From contig MCFE01000184.1 in the NCBI GenBank assembly GCA_002104905.1, positions 62,001 through 126,000 of the forward strand: a stretch of 64,000 nucleotides of DNA, read 5' to 3'. The DNA comes from Basidiobolus meristosporus CBS 931.73. Taxonomy: Eukaryota; Fungi; Basidiobolomycota. Position numbers and translations under genes: made by a program. The notes beneath the pieces are model-generated. The model ran no database searches. It saw only the letters and a program-made list of their open reading frames with translations, and was not told the origin of the DNA. Below are positions 59,672 through 64,000 of the stretch, in pieces. Every line of letters begins with the position of its first letter. Position 1 is the first letter of the stretch.

Positions 59672-62600
59672 TTAAGTAGACACGCTTTGGAGATATTTAT
59701 ACAATTGTTGTCGCATCCGCCTACAGTTCCTGTGAGCATCTAGTGGTACATACTCTCCATGTTGACTCTGAAGGGTCCTGAACGAAGAGAGGGATCTTTT
59801 CAAGTATTTGACTGATGTTAAATTTGACATTTCCCTGCCTAGTTGTACGGTGGTGTCCAAGATTGGCGTAAGATTTGCCGGCCGCAGGTTCTTTAAGCAC
59901 GTCTATTCCAATGTTAGTTCGCTCGAGTTTTGACAAGCTGAGAGGATATCATGGACGCTTACCAAGAGCTCGGTCCCATTTAGATCCATCAATACCTCTC
60001 GTTGACTTACCAAGACTGCATTGATCAATGTGTAGAGATAGCCTGGCTCCTGAGTCACTAAATGGTCCCAGATTCGTGCCCATCTAGCCGAGCTAAATGT
60101 CTCAGAAAACAAAGTTTCAACCATTGCCCATATATAAGCCTAAAGGTGAAGCAAGATCAGAGCTTGGTGACTGGTTTGTTTTCTTGGCAAGTTACCTTTG
60201 GAGTGAGCTTGTTTCGCAGAAAGTGATCATACAGCGCTGGGTCTTGAATTTGCAATATATTATCGGCCAAAGTGAGGGGGAGTTGGGGAGGTTCGTTGCC
60301 ATCCCAAAAGCCTTGGGTCCAGTTTACTGCAGGTGCATCAGTAGTTTGCCTAAAAACAACAATTTAGACTGGATTTCAACTTACCGAGAATTGTCGCCAA
60401 CATTTCAAACGTCTCGCATGTATGCGCGTTGAACAGTATAACAAACGGAAAGATCATCTTGGTCAGGGTTTCCGTATGCTTGACATGGCCAAAAACGCTT
60501 GGTGACCAATAAGCCAAACAGGAGATTGTTCTTTGAGAGAGAGAGAGAGAGGGTCTCATGTTAGCCCGATTTAAAGCGTCTTCAGTGGTATATATGCACA
60601 CACCTTTTCATTAGATGTTCGAGCTCTTTATCCTTCAAATGAAACAGGTCCTGGAATTTTTCAATTACTGGATGATCGCCTTTGATCTCCAAATTATGAA
60701 ACGCCTCTCGATCACCAGGAATGTCCAGAAGCTGCTTCCAGATAGCCAACCTAAGAAGATTTCTGACTTAGCTAGTTATACCATACATGCATATATAGGT
60801 AAACCTGAGCACTTGCCTTTCCCGAGAAGGATACCCCTTTTGTTTACGTAAATATTTCCACAATATTTCCTTGCTAAGGAAGGAAGTTCCCTACAGAATA
60901 GCTGAATATCTGGTAAAGGTACGCAGTATAGCATTCATAGAGCCGTACCGGTACCGTCGAAAACTGAGAGCTGTTGACTGAGTTTTCGGAGAGTTTTGAG
61001 GTCTTTGTTGAAGTGGGTGTGTGTTGTTCAGGATCTTTTGGGGTTCCAAAACCTCCATCTAGTGTTGAAGGTATACCAATCAGAAGAGCCGCAGTACAGT
61101 TACTGGCTATTGAATGCGCATACCTGAACGTTTTGATGAGCCCTTGTAGCTGAATAGACTATCTAATAGCCCAGTGCGATATGAGCTTTCATGGTGCTAA
61201 ATTCTGTAAAGGATGATGGCTATGTATTACCAATATCTTCATTTTGGAAGTTCGACGGCTTCATCTGTTTGGTAGGTTTTGGAAAAACATCGTAGTTGGA
61301 TGGACTTTCTACAAAAATTAGAGTTATTCAAAGGTGCTTCAAGCTGCACACCGCTTTCGCCTCACCTGCTTCTCTCTTTATCTTCATAAACGGTTTAGAC
61401 TCCTCTGTGATCTCTAATTTTCAAGTAGGCCGATTAGTGTGCGGGATATGAGGGTACAGCAGAAGGGATTACCTTCAGATTCAGGGACATCCAGACACTT
61501 CGATACTTCCAGATATGCAGGCAGTTCTCTTTTAAATTCCTGAAAAGATGGGGTGCTCAGCATTGGTATGTTCCTTTTTATCTGGTAATAAATACTCATT
61601 ACTTCTCCCAAAAAATCTGATGTTGCCCAAAGCAAGATCACCGAGTTCTGAAGCACACAGGTAGTTACCAAGTAGCCTCCATCAAAAGAGATTTCGAACA
61701 GTGATATCTATAAAAGCTCAATAATCATTGAATGCAGGTATAGAAATCGGCATCCTCCCCACCTTAAAATCAATATCTAGCTGTTGTACTTGGTCGAGTC
61801 TTTCAATGTCTAGAGAATAGAGTATCCCTTTGCTGTTCAAAACCAGTATTTTCTGACATTCGGTTAATCGCAATATTTCGTCAAGATACTCTATTGTGCC
61901 TCATACCTTGCTACTGCCAACAAATTTCATGTCGATGATTCCGCATTGGAAGCACTCGTGATTACATTGGCCAAGAGACTCTTGAGACTTCATGTCCATA
62001 ACTGTCAGTGAACTACGATGCTCGATGAATTAAAACCTATAAGCCGGTTGGATTTCGAGCGGCCGTATGCGACTTACTCTGTCCCGTAGACAAATAATCC
62101 GTCTTCGTGATTGAATGCAATATTCCCGCCAGGATTTGCTTCTTCCCCAGGCGTCGTTGGCTGACAGTACTCCCAGATACATTCGAAATTCTGACTGTTC
62201 CAGAGTGTGATCGCACCGTCGTTATGAATGACATAAATGTACTTGCCAGTGGCCGAAAAGCTCGCCTAGTTATAATGTTCTTTAGCTCCCTATTCTTCCA
62301 TGACCCATTTGAGGCATTGAAATTACCTTTTGAACTCCTACTGAATTTGAGACAAGTACTCTTTTACGACTCCAGTTTTGACGATCCCAAATGGTTGCAT
62401 CACTGAAAGTAGTAAGTAGAGCTAAGGAGCTAGAGGGATCTACTGAAATATGCCGAATTGGAAACTTGTGAGCCTTTAAGATTTTTGCAATCGGTTTTCT
62501 GGTGTCTAGAGAAATACGAACGTCTGCTTCAATAAAAGTATATACTTTGTCATTCCGAAACAGTCATTACCAAGATTATAACACCCAATCGATGTATTTG

Positions 62601-63104
62601 AGAAGCCAATAATCAATTCTCGTGTATTCTTCGAGCTATGGATGCTAATTGCTGTGCCAGCTATACCGATACGCGCAAGTAGCCAGAATCTTTTGTGGGT
62701 TCGTAAGCTCAACCGCGTCATAAACAAATATCTATTGTGAACCTAACTGATTGGCTTCAAAGTCGAAGATGTACAGGTTCCCCAAATGATCTACAGTAGA
62801 AAGCACTGCTTCTGACCAGACTTGTGCTGCAGGGGTGCTAGTCTTCTTAAAGAAGCTCATGTCACTGAAACGGACACTTTTTGGTGACGGAAGTCTTTCA
62901 CTTGGCGTACGCGAATTAGAGATCATAGCTAAAGGTCTGATATTATATATTAGCATTTCATACAGATCTATCAAAGCTTCAACTCTCCACTCACTCTACG
63001 TTGAGGTTGGATTTTTTCTCTTTTAGATTCTTGTAATCCCATATTACACCTTTCTTAACGTCGCCAATGAACACCACACTGGTGGTTCTTTTCTCACTCT
63101 CCAT
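59672..63104 (-). CDS. TBC1D31: WD40 + TBC protein, orthologue of TBC1D31/WDR67, without the C-terminal coiled coil (multi-exon)
   Basis: Spliced segments match recalled human TBC1D31 in order: VDHLGNLYIFDFEANRF (GDHQGNIYVFDLHGNRF), RKRVLVSNSVGVQK (RKRKLNIRQSVGIQK), GYPSRERLAIWKQLL (EYPTKYRMFIWRSLL), RTISCLAYWS (RTLSALAHWS), WAMVETLFSE (WPLLETVFSE). Confidence 0.82.
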
Positions 63105-63304
63105 CAATGCGTTTAGATGTTGATGACAAAGATACTACATCAGTGAATTTCGTAGAAATGATCTTTTTGATTCGAATCGGATTTATCGAGATACATAATG
63201 ATAACACACTACATATTAAAATCGAGTCAAATTATAAGATGCATATTGCTCAGTAAATGCTCATGTACGAAAGGAGGCTTTCAGGTATTATGGGAATGGA
63301 GAGG

Positions 63305-64000
63305 TCATATCTTGGGAATCTTAAGAGATTGTGAGATCATCAGTGTCCCACTCAACGCATAGCTTAATACAAGCGGGTGGAAAGTCAGGGTATTGGCGAG
63401 ACTTGCAACTCCGCCTGGTAATGCGGTCTGGATGTCTCCCACATATACAAGATACCCCAGATAGCCGGTGATTAGGAGGGTGGTAGGAATGGGGGTTCCT
63501 TCAAAGTGCTTTACCTTACCACTTTCGTCTTTTGGCAAGGACGCAACTGTTGCATTATATCTGGCCAATCGAGCGATTCCACAGGACACAAAGTAAAGGA
63601 GAACACAGATATCAATAACGGAACGGAGCCCCAAAGTAAACCCGAACACTGCAGGAGCGACCCCAAAAGATATCTGTTTAAACAATAGGCTTGGTTAGAG
63701 CGCTCTGTGTCAGGGCCAACATTACTAATACACGCACCAAGTCAGCTAAAGAGTCCAACTCCTGGCCTAGCAGAGAAGAATTTTTACGCCACCTAGCTAC
63801 TCTACCGTCCATAAAGTCAAAGAAGGTTCCCAATGGGATTAGCCAAAAGGCAACCCATAGGTATACGGTGTTGTTCTCTATGAGATATGACATGGAAGCA
63901 AATATGGAGCCAGTTCCACAGGTGCCATTTAACAATGTCAAGAAATCGGCGAGGTGAAACTCACGGACCAAATTGAAGTGGTTATTCAGATATTCTACAG
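63305..64000 (-). CDS. CHO1: CDP-diacylglycerol--serine O-phosphatidyltransferase (fungal PS synthase); 5' end outside the window
   Basis: CDP-alcohol phosphotransferase motif DFMDGRVARWRKNSSLLGQELDSLADL|ISFGVAP; CGIARLARYN; KHFEGTPIPT; ISQSLKIPKI. Confidence 0.93.

Noticed and set aside
60535-60551. (GA)8 microsatellite
   Set aside because: Ordinary intronic polypyrimidine tract on the minus strand

Overview
Eukaryotic DNA with short (~55-70 nt) GT-AG introns and a fungal gene set. It most resembles an early-diverging fungus, and a Basidiobolus-like zoopagomycete is my inference, not a proven assignment. The window has two sharply different parts. (1) Bases 1 to ~14,400 are an AT-rich, almost CpG-free block of nested, defective LTR retrotransposons. 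A minus-strand Ty3/gypsy element is split by a Ty1/copia element (4990-10049, 349-bp LTRs, GATCC TSD, half-tRNA-iMet PBS). The copia gag is itself split by a 1.07-kb solo LTR with a CCGG TSD, and further solo or inverted LTRs lie nearby. (2) From ~14,400 on, the sequence is CpG-normal. After a ~3-kb apparently non-coding stretch it is gene-dense: homeobox TF, SGS1, a long canonical PPR protein, UPF0014 permease, Pho80/Pcl-type cyclin, secreted fasciclin with a charged repeat insert, SRP receptor beta, HAS1, F-BAR/RhoGAP, SEC7, an MT-A70 protein with a DPPL motif, an intronless Bacillales-like GNAT, TMA46, kinesin-8, alpha-arrestin, auxin-efflux-type transporter, a TBC1D31/WDR67 orthologue and CHO1. 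The strongest leads are the centrosome/cilium-associated TBC1D31 orthologue lacking its C-terminal coiled coil, the MT-A70 (MTA9/AMT6/7-like) gene together with a strong CpG-decay imprint on the transposons, the candidate horizontally acquired GNAT, the fasciclin repeat insert, and a PPR array whose RNA target can be read with the plant code. Homology calls come from motif recognition and memory, not database searches, and exon boundaries and counts were read by hand.
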